From an uncultured Candidatus Saccharibacteria bacterium (lineage in GTDB: Bacteria > Patescibacteriota > Minisyncoccia > Phycocordibacterales > DATDWN01): a stretch of 64,000 bases of DNA. A model generated the notes under the pieces. It was not told the origin of the DNA. It did no database searches and was given only the letters and a program-made list of their open reading frames with translations. Shown here in pieces: positions 39,361 to 49,425 of the stretch (position 1 is the first letter of the stretch; the number at the start of each line of letters is the position of its first letter). Made by a program: the position numbers and the translations under genes. The stretch lies in contig CAZTQY010000004.1 in NCBI GenBank assembly GCA_964616425.1, forward strand, positions 46,251-110,250. The letters are read 5' to 3'.

Positions 39361-39810
39361 ATGAGGATTGTCATCGGGTTCGTCGTTGGTGCTTTGTCTA
39401 TGCTGGTTGTTCAGAGTTTGTTGAGGATGTACAAGGAGTCCCAAAAGGAGAAGGCTCGTCTACGATGGAACCGAGAAATCCAAGAGCGTAGAAGTCAGGA
39501 GAAAGCTGTGGCCGACAAGATCAAGGACGCCCTTCTCCTATTCCTGCCGAAGTTCATGATTCGCGTGGGTTCTGAACGATCGTATGGATACCATGAAGTT
39601 CATGTTTGGATCGTGGGGGATCCACGCTCCTCTTACAGAGCACGTGTCACCTTCGGCGATACGGGTGAGGCAGAGATCAACGTTCTGGATATTCGTAGAG
39701 GTAAGTCAGTTTGCTATAGTGCTGAAAACCTCGATCAGGCAATTGACGCAATGAAAGCTAGGATCATTGCGGACCACGCTGAACTGTTCCCCGTTCCACA
39801 TATGGACTAG
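39361..39810 (+). CDS. GC-rich island ORF, membrane-anchored hypothetical protein (~149 aa)
   Basis: GGAGG SD, start MRIVIGFVVGALSMLVVQSLL (TM helix), ~57% GC; followed by GC hairpin gccggcatgccctataggtgtgccggc and promoter TTGACT-17-TAGTAT (~39875-39903). Confidence 0.35.
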   Translation: MRIVIGFVVGALSMLVVQSLLRMYKESQKEKARLRWNREIQERRSQEKAVADKIKDALLLFLPKFMIRVGSERSYGYHEVHVWIVGDPRSSYRARVTFGDTGEAEINVLDIRRGKSVCYSAENLDQAIDAMKARIIADHAELFPVPHMD

Positions 39811-39956
39811 GTTCCTGCCGGCATGCCCTATAGGTGTGCCGGCTGACTCGTTTCCGTTGACTTTTTTACGCCTTATTGCTAGTATAACCCCAGCTTGTCT
39901 GTTCTATAGATATCTATTCTATAGAAAAGATATAGGCTTTTTTAATTACATTTTCA

Positions 39957-40142
39957 ATGGCAAAAACATCAGTAAAAGCACGAGCAGCAAAGAAACCAAA
40001 GTTTAGTACAAAAGCTACTAACCGATGTTTTCGATGTTCTCGAGGAAGAGGTTTTATGCGAGACTTTGGTCTTTGCAGAATCTGCTTTAGAGAGTTAGCC
40101 AACGAAGGTAAGATCCCAGGAATCAAAAAATCATCCTGGTAA
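39957..40142 (+). CDS. rpsN: 30S ribosomal protein S14 type Z (zinc-binding)
   Basis: 61 aa with CxxC...CxxC ([10 protein letters not shown]...CRIC). Confidence 0.9.
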   Translation: MAKTSVKARAAKKPKFSTKATNRCFRCSRGRGFMRDFGLCRICFRELANEGKIPGIKKSSW

Positions 40143-40209
40143 TAAAAGAAGTCTGGGAAAGTCTCTACTCACTCGAGGAAAGATACTATCTAGATATAAT
40201 AACAAAAAA

Positions 40210-40599
40210 ATGCAAGACCCAATCGCAGATATGATAGTTAGATTAAAGAACGCTTCTGATTCAAAGAAAGAATCAGTTGTATTTCCGCAGTCAAAATTAA
40301 AGCTCGCTATTCTTGATGTACTTATGAAAGAAGGTTTTGTTAAATCTGTTGGAAAGAAAGGAAAAAAGGTGGCAAAGTTTATCGAAGTTGGTCTTTTGTA
40401 TGATGCAGATGGTCCAAAAATATCTGGAGTTGAGAGAGTATCAAAGACTTCAAAACGAGTTTACAGTAAATCAAAAGAGATTCGAAAAGTTAAGAACGGT
40501 CTAGGTGCACTTATACTTTCAACTCCAAAAGGTATTATGACAGACAATGCTGCTCGAGAGGCACATGTTGGAGGAGAAGCTTTATTTAAAATCTGGTAG
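40210..40599 (+). CDS. rpsH: 30S ribosomal protein S8
   Basis: Conserved S8 sequence. Confidence 0.9.
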   Translation: MQDPIADMIVRLKNASDSKKESVVFPQSKLKLAILDVLMKEGFVKSVGKKGKKVAKFIEVGLLYDADGPKISGVERVSKTSKRVYSKSKEIRKVKNGLGALILSTPKGIMTDNAAREAHVGGEALFKIW

Positions 40600-40631
40600 T
40601 TCGACAGTCTCACTATAAATAATAAAAATAT

Positions 40632-41165
40632 ATGTCACGAATCGGAAAAAAAATAATAGCTATACCAACAGGAACAGAGGTAACTCTAGTTAACGGTCTT
40701 TTGACTGTAAAGGGTCCACAAGGAACACTTTCAAAACCTTTTAAAAGTGATATCGAAGTAACAATAGCAGAAGGAAATGTAACTCTAGTTCCAAAAAAAT
40801 CTACTCTAGAGAACCGAGCACTTTGGGGAACATATGCTTCTCATGTTATGAACATGATAGCTGGTGTAACAACTCCTTTTGTAAAAAAACTTATTCTAGA
40901 GGGTATCGGATATAAGTCAGAAGTAAAGGGAACAAATCTTGTTTTGGCCCTAGGCTTCTCACATCCAGTTAATATAGCAATACCTGCTATATTGAAAGTT
41001 ACTGCAGAGAAAAACATCATAACAGTTTCTGGTATTGATAAAGAAGTTGTCGGAGAATTTGCCGCAAATCTAAGATCTCTAAAGAAGCCAGAACCATACA
41101 AAGGTAAGGGAATGAGATATGATGGTGAGGTAATAAAGCGAAAGCAAGGTAAGAAGACAGCATAA
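40632..41165 (+). CDS. rplF: 50S ribosomal protein L6
   Basis: Conserved L6 sequence. Confidence 0.9.
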   Translation: MSRIGKKIIAIPTGTEVTLVNGLLTVKGPQGTLSKPFKSDIEVTIAEGNVTLVPKKSTLENRALWGTYASHVMNMIAGVTTPFVKKLILEGIGYKSEVKGTNLVLALGFSHPVNIAIPAILKVTAEKNIITVSGIDKEVVGEFAANLRSLKKPEPYKGKGMRYDGEVIKRKQGKKTA

Positions 41166-41181
41166 TCTCCAAAATAAAATT

Positions 41182-41532
41182 ATGAAAACATTAATATCAA
41201 AATCAGCAAGTAGAACACGAAGACACGCTCGAATAAGAGCAAAGATTTCTGGAACAGGAGAAGTTCCAAGACTATCTGTATTCAAATCAAACAAGCATAT
41301 CTCAGCTCAGCTTATCGATGATACAAGCGGCAAAACTCTGGCTTCAGTTCACTCAAGAGACATAAAAGGAAAGGGTATGATGGAGAAGTCTGTTAAAGTT
41401 GGAGAGGAAATGGCAAAGAAAGCACAATCTCTAAAGATTTCAAAAATAGTTTTTGATCGAGGTGGTTTTATTTACACAGGTGCAGTAAAAGCTTTGGCGG
41501 ACGGTGCTAGAGCTGGAGGACTACAGTTTTAA
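41182..41532 (+). CDS. rplR: 50S ribosomal protein L18
   Basis: Conserved L18 sequence. Confidence 0.9.
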   Translation: MKTLISKSASRTRRHARIRAKISGTGEVPRLSVFKSNKHISAQLIDDTSGKTLASVHSRDIKGKGMMEKSVKVGEEMAKKAQSLKISKIVFDRGGFIYTGAVKALADGARAGGLQF

Positions 41533-41543
41533 TTTAAAAACAT

Positions 41544-42128
41544 ATGGATACAGAAGTAATAAAAACAGAAACAGTTGCCACAGAAACTCTACCAGTAGAG
41601 GCTACTCTTCCTGTACAGGATAACCGAGGTGGCGGAAGAGATTTCAAAAAGAACACTCGAAAGGGTGCTCCTCGACGAGAGGCTAGAGTAAAGCCTGAAT
41701 TCGACCAGAAACTTATTGGTATCAGACGAGTTACTCGTGTTGTTACTGGAGGACGAAGATTCTCATTTTCTGTTGGTGTTGTTATAGGAGATCGAAAGGG
41801 TAGAGTGGGTGTTGGAATGGGTAAAGCTGGTGATACACCTGTGGCTATCGATAAGGCAGTTAGAGATGCTCGAAAGAACATGATAAAGGTTAACCTAACA
41901 AAGCATATGTCAGTTCCTCATGATGCAAGAGCAAAGTTCTCTGGATCACAAGTTCTTATTATGAGAGCTCCAGGAAAAGGAGTTTTGGCGGGTTCATCTG
42001 TACGTGTTGTTTTGGAAATGGCGGGAATCAAGGAAGTTTCAGCTAAACTTTTCTCAAGATCAAAAAATAAGATCAACAACGCAAAGGCTGCAATCAAGGC
42101 TCTAAAAATGCTGAAAGCCGTAAAATAA
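41544..42128 (+). CDS. rpsE: 30S ribosomal protein S5 (with N-terminal extension)
   Basis: Conserved S5 dsRBD and C-terminal domain; followed 22 nt later by rplO with no rpmD. Confidence 0.9.
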   Translation: MDTEVIKTETVATETLPVEATLPVQDNRGGGRDFKKNTRKGAPRREARVKPEFDQKLIGIRRVTRVVTGGRRFSFSVGVVIGDRKGRVGVGMGKAGDTPVAIDKAVRDARKNMIKVNLTKHMSVPHDARAKFSGSQVLIMRAPGKGVLAGSSVRVVLEMAGIKEVSAKLFSRSKNKINNAKAAIKALKMLKAVK

Positions 42129-42150
42129 TTTTCTAATAACATAAACTGAT

Positions 42151-42594
42151 ATGCAAAGTCACGAACTAAAAAGAATAAATAAGAACAAGAAGCACCGACA
42201 AATGGGACGAGGGGGAACTCGTGGAAAAACTTCTGGACGAGGTACAAAAGGACAGAATGCAAGAGCTGGACACAAGAAGCGACCAGAAATTCGAGATTTC
42301 ATAAAGAGAATCCCAAAACTTCGAGGGCGAGGAAAGAACTTGAACACAAGTATTCAGTCTAAATTCTCAGTTGTTAACCTAGGTCTTTTGAATAAGGCTT
42401 GCAAGAACGGAGACACTATTTCTCCAGAAACATTGGTAAAGCACGGAGTTCTATCTATGAACAAAGGCACACTTCCAGTTGTTAAAATCTTAGCTAAGGG
42501 GGATTTTGATAAAAAACTATCTTTTGAGGGTTGCGTAGTGTCTGCTACTGCAAAGATTGCCATAGAAAAAGCAGGTGGTACTATAAAGCTATAA
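42151..42594 (+). CDS. rplO: 50S ribosomal protein L15
   Basis: Conserved L15 sequence (GRGGTRGKTSGRGTKGQ). Confidence 0.9.
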   Translation: MQSHELKRINKNKKHRQMGRGGTRGKTSGRGTKGQNARAGHKKRPEIRDFIKRIPKLRGRGKNLNTSIQSKFSVVNLGLLNKACKNGDTISPETLVKHGVLSMNKGTLPVVKILAKGDFDKKLSFEGCVVSATAKIAIEKAGGTIKL

Positions 42595-42607
42595 TATCTA
42601 ACTGGTT

Positions 42608-43879
42608 ATGAAAGAATTCTTTAATAAATTTTCACTAGTCTTCTCAGATAAAATTCTAAGAAGAAGAATATTCTTTACACTTTCAGCTCTTGCGTTGTTT
42701 AGAGTTCTTGCTTCTATACCTGTACCAGGTGTTGACCACGCAAGACTGGCACAGTTTTTTACTAGTAATGAATTTTTTGGTCTACTAAACATCTTTTCTG
42801 GAGGAGGTTTAGCACAACTTTCTATTGTTATGCTTGGTGTTGGTCCTTACATTACAGGTTCTATTATCATGCAGTTACTTACTATTATGTCTCCAAGACT
42901 AAAGGAGATGTACCAGGAAGAAGGTGAGGCTGGAAGAATGAAATTTGCACAATACAGTAGACTAGTTACAGTTCCATTGGCACTTTTACAATCATTTAGT
43001 TTTATTAAGCTTTTGGAGAACCAGCAAGTTATTGCTCATCTTTCACCGCTAGCTTTGGCTACAAACCTAATAGTTATATCAGCAGGTTCAGTATTACTAA
43101 TGTGGATCGGTGAACTTATATCAGAATACGGTATAGGAAATGGAATGAGTCTTATAATTTTTGCTGGTATCGTGGCATCTCTTCCGACTGAAATAAGTCA
43201 ACTAGCTTTCTCTTTTGATCCTTCACAGATTCCTGTTTATTTGGCGTTTGCAGTTGTAGCAGCTGTGGTTATTGTTGCTGTGGTTATTATCACAGAAGCT
43301 GAAAGGCCTATCCCAGTTACATATGCAAAGCAGGTTAGGGGTAATCGTGTATACGGTGGAACATCAACTTATCTTCCACTCCGAATCAACCAAGCAGGAG
43401 TTATTCCAATAATATTTGCATTGTCTATCCTTCTTTTCCCTCAAATGATATTGAGATTCTTGCAGAACTCAAGTCACGAAATAATACAAACAGTTTCTTC
43501 TGCTATTTTAAGAGTGTTGGCAAACAGCTGGTTCTACGCTATAGCATATTTCCTACTAGTATTTATATTTACTTACTTCTACACAGCAGTAACATTTGAT
43601 CCAGATCAGATTTCAACAAACCTCCAGAAAAATGGTGCGTTTATCCCAGGTGTTAGACCAGGAAAATCTACTTCAGAGCATATAGCAAAGATTCTAACTA
43701 GATTAACCTTAGTTGGAGCGTTGTTCCTAGGCTTTGTCGCAGTTCTTCCGCTTATCATGAGAGGTGTAACTGGTATTACAGCTGTCTCAGTCGGTGGTAC
43801 AGCACTCCTAATCGTTGTGTCAGTGGTAATCGACCTGATTAAACGAGTTGATGCTCAGGTTTCAATCCGAGAATATTAA
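42608..43879 (+). CDS. secY: preprotein translocase subunit SecY
   Basis: 10 TM helices and conserved SecY motifs. Confidence 0.9.
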   Translation: MKEFFNKFSLVFSDKILRRRIFFTLSALALFRVLASIPVPGVDHARLAQFFTSNEFFGLLNIFSGGGLAQLSIVMLGVGPYITGSIIMQLLTIMSPRLKEMYQEEGEAGRMKFAQYSRLVTVPLALLQSFSFIKLLENQQVIAHLSPLALATNLIVISAGSVLLMWIGELISEYGIGNGMSLIIFAGIVASLPTEISQLAFSFDPSQIPVYLAFAVVAAVVIVAVVIITEAERPIPVTYAKQVRGNRVYGGTSTYLPLRINQAGVIPIIFALSILLFPQMILRFLQNSSHEIIQTVSSAILRVLANSWFYAIAYFLLVFIFTYFYTAVTFDPDQISTNLQKNGAFIPGVRPGKSTSEHIAKILTRLTLVGALFLGFVAVLPLIMRGVTGITAVSVGGTALLIVVSVVIDLIKRVDAQVSIREY

Positions 43880-44004
43880 TTCTGGTTTTTTTGCCGAATT
43901 TCTTTGTTCTCGATTTTACTTTCCTTACAGGAACAGTACACCTTTCACATTTTGTTTACAAAATATTCAAGGTCTTGCGAAGTGATAAAATCACTTCTCA
44001 CTCC

Positions 44005-44085
44005 ACGCGCAGTACTAGATGTACAGCTTGGTCGAAAGTAAAATCTGCGAACTTCGAACTTCAACAAAAATCCGCAGAATTAGAA
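44005..44085 (+). repeat. copy C core of ~120-nt conserved intergenic repeat (5' portion of repeat at ~43883-43925)
   Basis: gcgcAGTACTAgatGTACAgcTTGGTCg...cTTCGAACTTCAACAAAAATCCgcaGaa aligns with copies A and B. Confidence 0.55.
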
Positions 44086-44119
44086 ACTTCACATTAGTAG
44101 TTGCGGAAAATCAAAAACA

Positions 44120-44160
44120 GTGTCAAAGAGTGAAAACTCTTTGACACTGTTTTTGTAGTT
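44120..44160 (+). terminator. strong terminator aaaaacagtgtcaaagagtgaaaactctttgacactgtttttg
   Basis: 13-bp stem with A/T runs. Confidence 0.65.
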
Positions 44161-44222
44161 GTTTAACATTCAGTCAGATCGCTCTTCACGCGAATTTCAT
44201 TTTAGTTCAGAAAGGAGTCCTC

Positions 44223-45218
44223 ATGGCGAAGCCGCTACCTTTCGTATCGCCTATGAGGGCTTTACGAAATATCCGAGCGATGGATACCCAACCTGCAAAG
44301 GCGGATACAAAGCTTGGGAAAAAGCTGCAAGCTCTTTTCCCAGACTATGACCCAAAGTTTGACCGTGAAAAGTCAGATGAGGTTCGACTGTACTACCTGC
44401 CACAGGTTGTACACCTATCAGATAGTGACCTACTTGCAGAGCTCGATTACTGGGCTCGAAAGTATGCCAGTCGGAACGACGTGGAATACTCCACCAAAAC
44501 TCCGATCGGTGACTTTCTCTCCCAGGCAAAGAGCCTGCAAAGGAAGATAAGACAGGGCCTGCATCCTGAGAAGCTGACCCCTTTGTACCGCAGAACTATC
44601 ATCAAGGGGTGCATTGCACTCAGATGGCAGGTAGTGCCGTACTTCCCGGGGCCTTCAATCTCAGGACAGCCTAGTGTCCGTGGCTGTATCAATGGTCACA
44701 AGCACTTTCTCTATGAGGACACTGACTGGCAGCTGGCCCAGAGGCTCGCTTCACTCGTAGGTTCCTGCGACATTGCTCTTCACGAGCTGTCGTTCATGGC
44801 ACGGAGTTGGCGGTCTGCATGGGACAAGGGTCCAGAGAAGTTCTCCTTCGAGTCAGATGGTCATCGGAAGTGGGCTGAGAAGCTCCATCACTCACTCCTC
44901 GAGAGAGAGGCGGGCATTTTCTACGATCAGGCACAAAGGTTCAGGGAGATGGTCGGGTTCCTGAAAAGGGTCCCACTCTGGCGGAGAAATCCAATCCAGG
45001 CGAACCTTTCGATTCTTCCAGATGCGGTCATTGTGACCAAAACGGAAGAGACCGATGCTGACCCAGAGAAGCCTGTTCGCCCGGCAGACCTCGGGGATTT
45101 ACTCTCAGTTCCAGATCTTGGTGACTGGGTAGGAGACTGCTTCCAGTATCGGCTCGACTTTCCACGTGTGGAGGTCGAATGGAACGGTGAAGCTGTTCAA
45201 AGTGAAATTAGTTTTTAA
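44223..45218 (+). CDS. GC-rich island ORF (hypothetical 331 aa)
   Basis: AGGAGT SD 6 nt before ATG; ~58% GC; followed by GC hairpin cgacggccacctagaggagtggtcgtcg and promoter TTTATC-17-TATAAT (45247-45275) for adk. Confidence 0.4.
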   Translation: MAKPLPFVSPMRALRNIRAMDTQPAKADTKLGKKLQALFPDYDPKFDREKSDEVRLYYLPQVVHLSDSDLLAELDYWARKYASRNDVEYSTKTPIGDFLSQAKSLQRKIRQGLHPEKLTPLYRRTIIKGCIALRWQVVPYFPGPSISGQPSVRGCINGHKHFLYEDTDWQLAQRLASLVGSCDIALHELSFMARSWRSAWDKGPEKFSFESDGHRKWAEKLHHSLLEREAGIFYDQAQRFREMVGFLKRVPLWRRNPIQANLSILPDAVIVTKTEETDADPEKPVRPADLGDLLSVPDLGDWVGDCFQYRLDFPRVEVEWNGEAVQSEISF

Positions 45219-45281
45219 CGACGGCCACCTAGAGGAGTGGTCGTCGTTTATCGTTTATATATATTTTGCTATAATCAACTC

Positions 45282-45872
45282 ATGACACCAAAAACTTTCA
45301 TATTCTTCGGTCCATCAGGAGCGGGAAAGGGGACACAGGCAAAAATACTCATTGAGCATTTAAAAAATATAGATCCAGAAAGAAAAACATTATACATTGA
45401 GACTGGGCAGAGATTTCGAGAATTTATTACTGAGGCTTCTTATACTGCAGAGAAAACAAAGGAAGTTATTGATAATGGAGGACTTCTTCCTGAGTTTTTA
45501 CCGATATGGATTTGGTCAGAATATTTTGTTAAACATGTTGGTGGTGATGAGCACATGATTCTTGACGGTCTTTCACGTAGGGCGCATGAGGCTCCAATAC
45601 TTAATTCAGCTATGAAATTTTATGGAAGAGAAAAACCATATGTAATCTCAATAGAAGTTTCAAGGGATTGGGCAAGGGAAAAATTGATGGGTAGAGAAAG
45701 AGGGGATGATAAAATTGAGCAGATAGAAAAGAGATTAGATTGGTTCGATGAGAATGTTTTGCAAGCCATGGAATATTTTAAAAATAATGAATTCTATAAT
45801 TTCGTATCGGTAAACGGGGAACAGTCTATAGTCGAGGTTAATAAAGAAATAATGTCTAAAATTGGAATATAA
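45282..45872 (+). CDS. adk: adenylate kinase
   Basis: FFGPSGAGKGTQA P-loop; -10 TATAAT ends 6 nt before ATG (leaderless). Confidence 0.85.
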   Translation: MTPKTFIFFGPSGAGKGTQAKILIEHLKNIDPERKTLYIETGQRFREFITEASYTAEKTKEVIDNGGLLPEFLPIWIWSEYFVKHVGGDEHMILDGLSRRAHEAPILNSAMKFYGREKPYVISIEVSRDWAREKLMGRERGDDKIEQIEKRLDWFDENVLQAMEYFKNNEFYNFVSVNGEQSIVEVNKEIMSKIGI

Positions 45873-46639
45873 TGATTAAATTAAAAACATCAGAAGAAAT
45901 AGCTATTTTACGTGAAGGAGGAAAACGCCATGCGTATATTCTTGCAGAAGTGGCAAAGAAAGTTGCTCCAGGAGTTTCGACACAACATCTAGAAGACTAT
46001 GCACAAAAACTAATACACGAAGGTGGTGACACTGCCGCATTTCTAAACTACACACCTCGTGGTGCAAAACGCCCATATCCTGCTGCTCTTTGTGTATCAG
46101 TAAACAATGAAATTGTTCATGGTATTCCAAATGAAAATGCTTTAATTTTACAGGATGGAGATGTTGTTTCGTTAGATTTGGGTCTTATTCATCAGGGAAT
46201 GATAACTGATAGTGCGATTACGGTACCAGTTGGAAATATTTCAGATGAGGATAAAAAATTACTTGAACATACCAAGGAGGCTTTGTATTTGGGTATAAAA
46301 GCTGCTCGTGGGGGTGCTCATGTGGGAGATATAGGGGAGGCTATTGGGACATTTGCTAGAGGTTTGGGTTACGGCTTGTCAGAAGGTCTAGCTGGTCATG
46401 GAGTTGGTTATAAGGTCCATGAAGACCCATTTGTACCCAATGAAGGTAAGAAGGGCACTGGAGAGTTACTCCGACCTGGTATGGTCATTGCTATTGAGCC
46501 TATGCTGACTTTGGGAACTGATAAGATAGTTTTGGCTCAGGATGGTTATACATATAAAACTGCAGACGGAACAAATGCCGCTCATTTTGAACATACTGTT
46601 GCAATTACCGACGGTGAGCCCATAATATTAACTAAATAA
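45872..46639 (+). CDS. map: methionine aminopeptidase type I
   Basis: Conserved MetAP metal-binding residues and pita-bread fold sequence. Confidence 0.9.
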   Translation: MIKLKTSEEIAILREGGKRHAYILAEVAKKVAPGVSTQHLEDYAQKLIHEGGDTAAFLNYTPRGAKRPYPAALCVSVNNEIVHGIPNENALILQDGDVVSLDLGLIHQGMITDSAITVPVGNISDEDKKLLEHTKEALYLGIKAARGGAHVGDIGEAIGTFARGLGYGLSEGLAGHGVGYKVHEDPFVPNEGKKGTGELLRPGMVIAIEPMLTLGTDKIVLAQDGYTYKTADGTNAAHFEHTVAITDGEPIILTK

Positions 46640-46642
46640 ACA

Positions 46643-47248
46643 ATGTCACATCCAAAGAAAGAAAGAACATTTGTAGCAGTAAAACCAGACGGAGTTCAAC
46701 GTGGCCTTATTGGAGAAGTCATTTCTCGCTTTGAAAGAGTTGGCTTGAAACTTGTAGCTATGAAAATGATAGTTGCTGATAAAGAACAAATCATAAAGCA
46801 CTACACTCTTGATCCAGAGTGGCGACGTGTAACTGGAGAAAAAACTATTAAAGGATATTTGGACAAAGGCCTCACTCCTCCAACAACAGATCCTTTAGAG
46901 GTTACAGAAAAACTTCTTAATAAACTTTGGCCTTTTATGACTAGTGGTCCTTTGGTAGCTATGGTTTGGGAAGGAGCGCATGCTCAAAAAATCGTTAAAA
47001 AAATCACAGGTGGAACTGAACCTCTTACTTCTGATGTCGGTACAATAAGAGGAGATTTTGTTTTGGATTCATACGCTATGTCTGATGGAGATGATAGATC
47101 AATAAGAAACGTCCTTCATTGTTCGGGATCAATCAAAGATGCAGAAGACGAAATAAAGCATTGGTTTAAACCTGAAGAAATAATAAACTACCGCCTGATA
47201 CATGAGCAGATACTGTACGACGTTAATCTAGACGGTATTTTGGAATAA
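46643..47248 (+). CDS. ndk: nucleoside diphosphate kinase (long form)
   Basis: RTFVAVKPDGVQRGLIGEVISRFERVGLKLVAMKM and catalytic His region; longer than typical 140 aa. Confidence 0.8.
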   Translation: MSHPKKERTFVAVKPDGVQRGLIGEVISRFERVGLKLVAMKMIVADKEQIIKHYTLDPEWRRVTGEKTIKGYLDKGLTPPTTDPLEVTEKLLNKLWPFMTSGPLVAMVWEGAHAQKIVKKITGGTEPLTSDVGTIRGDFVLDSYAMSDGDDRSIRNVLHCSGSIKDAEDEIKHWFKPEEIINYRLIHEQILYDVNLDGILE

Positions 47249-47473
47249 TTTCAACCCATTTTGTAATTCTTGCAAGTTCCCGGAGTAAAATTTAGGGGTA
47301 TAATCTATGCAGGGTCACTAATGATATTTTCCTCCTAAAGCTTATTTAGGGAGCCTTATATCTTTGTACCACGATGAGTTTGCATCTCATTGAGATGTAT
47401 AGTTCTGACGAGTCCATGTGCGGGCACCCACCTACATTTTCAGTAGGGAAATATCGTCTGTGATCCTATTAAA

Positions 47474-47589
47474 ATTCCAAATTCAGGACATTTCTTTGTT
47501 GAAATGTGAAAAATAATCCTCACCTTATGTCTGAGTAAGGCTCGAATTATTTTCCACATTTCGCCTCGAACTGTATCTGAATTTGGAAT
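47474..47589. repeat. ~115-nt nearly perfect long hairpin (nested inverted repeats attccaaattcag...ctgaatttggaat; gaaatgtgaaaaataat...attattttccacatttc)
   Basis: 13-bp outer IR, 17-bp inner IR (1 mismatch), inner 5-bp stem; intergenic upstream of 47610 ORF. Confidence 0.4.
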
Positions 47590-47609
47590 TTTAGTTTACA
47601 ATAGTATAT

Positions 47610-48002
47610 ATGCTTGAGAAAAGTTTGTTCAAAAAAGCTTTCGCACTTTTGTTTATTGTTGGGCTCATGTCTGTGGCTGATAATTTTCTATACTTAACTT
47701 GGATATATTGGTGGTTTGATATGGTTATGCATTTTACGGCAGGGGGTGTTGTTGGTATGGCAACCATTATTACTTGTGTATATTTTTCAAGGTATGTAAA
47801 CGATAAAACAAGATTGGTTTTGTGTGCTGTTGGCGCTGGGTTAGTTGTAGGTTTGTTGTGGGAAGTTTTTGAATTGTATTTTAATCTGACTACGTTTTCT
47901 GATGGAATGGTCTATGTTACAGATACCCTTTCTGATTTGTTTCTAGATATGTCTGGCGCACTACTTTTTTCTGTATTTTCTATCAGACATATAAAAAGGT
48001 AA
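47610..48002 (+). CDS. hypothetical membrane protein (4 TM)
   Basis: 130 aa, hydrophobic helices. Confidence 0.4.
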   Translation: MLEKSLFKKAFALLFIVGLMSVADNFLYLTWIYWWFDMVMHFTAGGVVGMATIITCVYFSRYVNDKTRLVLCAVGAGLVVGLLWEVFELYFNLTTFSDGMVYVTDTLSDLFLDMSGALLFSVFSIRHIKR

Positions 48003-49394
48003 ATGGATAAAAAACTACAAATTATATTTTACGGTGGGGTAGGTACTGTAACTGGTGCAAACTTTCTTTTATTTTCTCCAAAAACAAAGATTCTTGTTGA
48101 CTGCGGTTTACTTCAGGGCACACCGGACGCGTTTGTCGAAAACAAAAGGCCATTTGATTACGACGTTAAGTCGATGGATTTTCTTTTTATTACTCATGCG
48201 CATTTAGACCATATTGGGCGAGTGGGGAAACTGGTCCATGATGGTTTTTCAGGCACAATTTACTCTACACCTGAAACAAAAGAGATTGCGCTACCAATGC
48301 TGACTGATGCTCTAAAGGTTATGGAAATGAATGAAAAGCAGTTGGGATTAACCCGCCCACAAAACAAATCTACAGAGGAACCACTGTATACTCTAGACGA
48401 TATAAATAAAGCGTTTTCACTCTGGAAAACTATTCCTTATCACGTCGATACTAAAATAGGTGAGGATTTTTCCGTATATCTAAAGGATGCAGGACACATA
48501 CTCGGATCATCTATGTATGAGTTCAAATATGGTGGCAAAAAAATAGTTTTCACTGGAGACTCTGGAAACTCTCCAACACCACTACTGAAAGATACAGAAG
48601 AGATTACTGGTGCTGACTACCTTGTAGTTGATAGTGTCTATGGTGATAGAAATCATGAGTCAAAAGACGAAAGAGATGCTCGGTTTAGGAGTATTGTAAC
48701 AGAAACAATACATAGTGGTGGAACATTGGTTATTCCGGCTTTTTCTATTGAAAGGACTCAAGTTATTCTTTATGAACTTAACAATCTTGTTGAAGATAAA
48801 AAGATTCCATCTGTGCCAATATTTCTAGACTCACCACTTGGTCAAAAAGTTACTGACATTTATTCTAGACATCTCAAAGATTTTAATTTGGGAATCCAAA
48901 AAGAAATAAAAGATGGAGATAATATCTTTAAATTTCCAAAACTTTTTATTACTCACGGCTCTAGAGATTCACAAGAAATAGTTAACACTCCAAGCCCTAA
49001 AATAGTTATTGCGGGGTCTGGCATGTCGTCTGGGGGGAGGGTTCAATGGCATGAGATGAATTTTTTACCAGACCCAAAAAGCACTGTATTGCTTATGGGC
49101 TATCAAGCCATAGGTACTCTTGGACGTAGGATACAAGACAAACCAAAGGAGGTGGAGATAAAAGGTCAGATAGTTCCAATTAGAGCTAGAATAGAAATGA
49201 TATCTGGTTACTCCTCTCACAAAGATTCTGACGGTATAGTAGCTATGGTAGAGAATACAGCGAAGTCAGTAAAAAAAGTTTTTGTGGTTATGGGTGAACC
49301 AAAGTCTTCAACTTTTCTAGCTCAGAGACTCCGAGATGAGTTAGACGTTGACGCCATCTACCCAGAAAGAGGGAAACCTTATAAATTAGACTAA
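48003..49394 (+). CDS. MBL-fold metallo-hydrolase, beta-CASP RNA-metabolising family (Ysh1/CPSF73-like)
   Basis: ITHAHLDHIG motif, beta-CASP architecture, 463 aa. Confidence 0.7.
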   Translation: MDKKLQIIFYGGVGTVTGANFLLFSPKTKILVDCGLLQGTPDAFVENKRPFDYDVKSMDFLFITHAHLDHIGRVGKLVHDGFSGTIYSTPETKEIALPMLTDALKVMEMNEKQLGLTRPQNKSTEEPLYTLDDINKAFSLWKTIPYHVDTKIGEDFSVYLKDAGHILGSSMYEFKYGGKKIVFTGDSGNSPTPLLKDTEEITGADYLVVDSVYGDRNHESKDERDARFRSIVTETIHSGGTLVIPAFSIERTQVILYELNNLVEDKKIPSVPIFLDSPLGQKVTDIYSRHLKDFNLGIQKEIKDGDNIFKFPKLFITHGSRDSQEIVNTPSPKIVIAGSGMSSGGRVQWHEMNFLPDPKSTVLLMGYQAIGTLGRRIQDKPKEVEIKGQIVPIRARIEMISGYSSHKDSDGIVAMVENTAKSVKKVFVVMGEPKSSTFLAQRLRDELDVDAIYPERGKPYKLD

Positions 49395-49425
49395 AACAAA
49401 AAACCGCCATATGGCGGTTTTTTGT
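49395..49425. terminator. bidirectional terminator aaaaaaccgccatatggcggttttttg
   Basis: Between convergent MBL gene and rplT. Confidence 0.7.

Noticed and set aside
47420-47460. Hammerhead-like CTGACGAG...GAAA motif
   Set aside because: Stem II hairpin immediately after CUGANGA and stem I/III pairing could not be constructed; likely coincidence.
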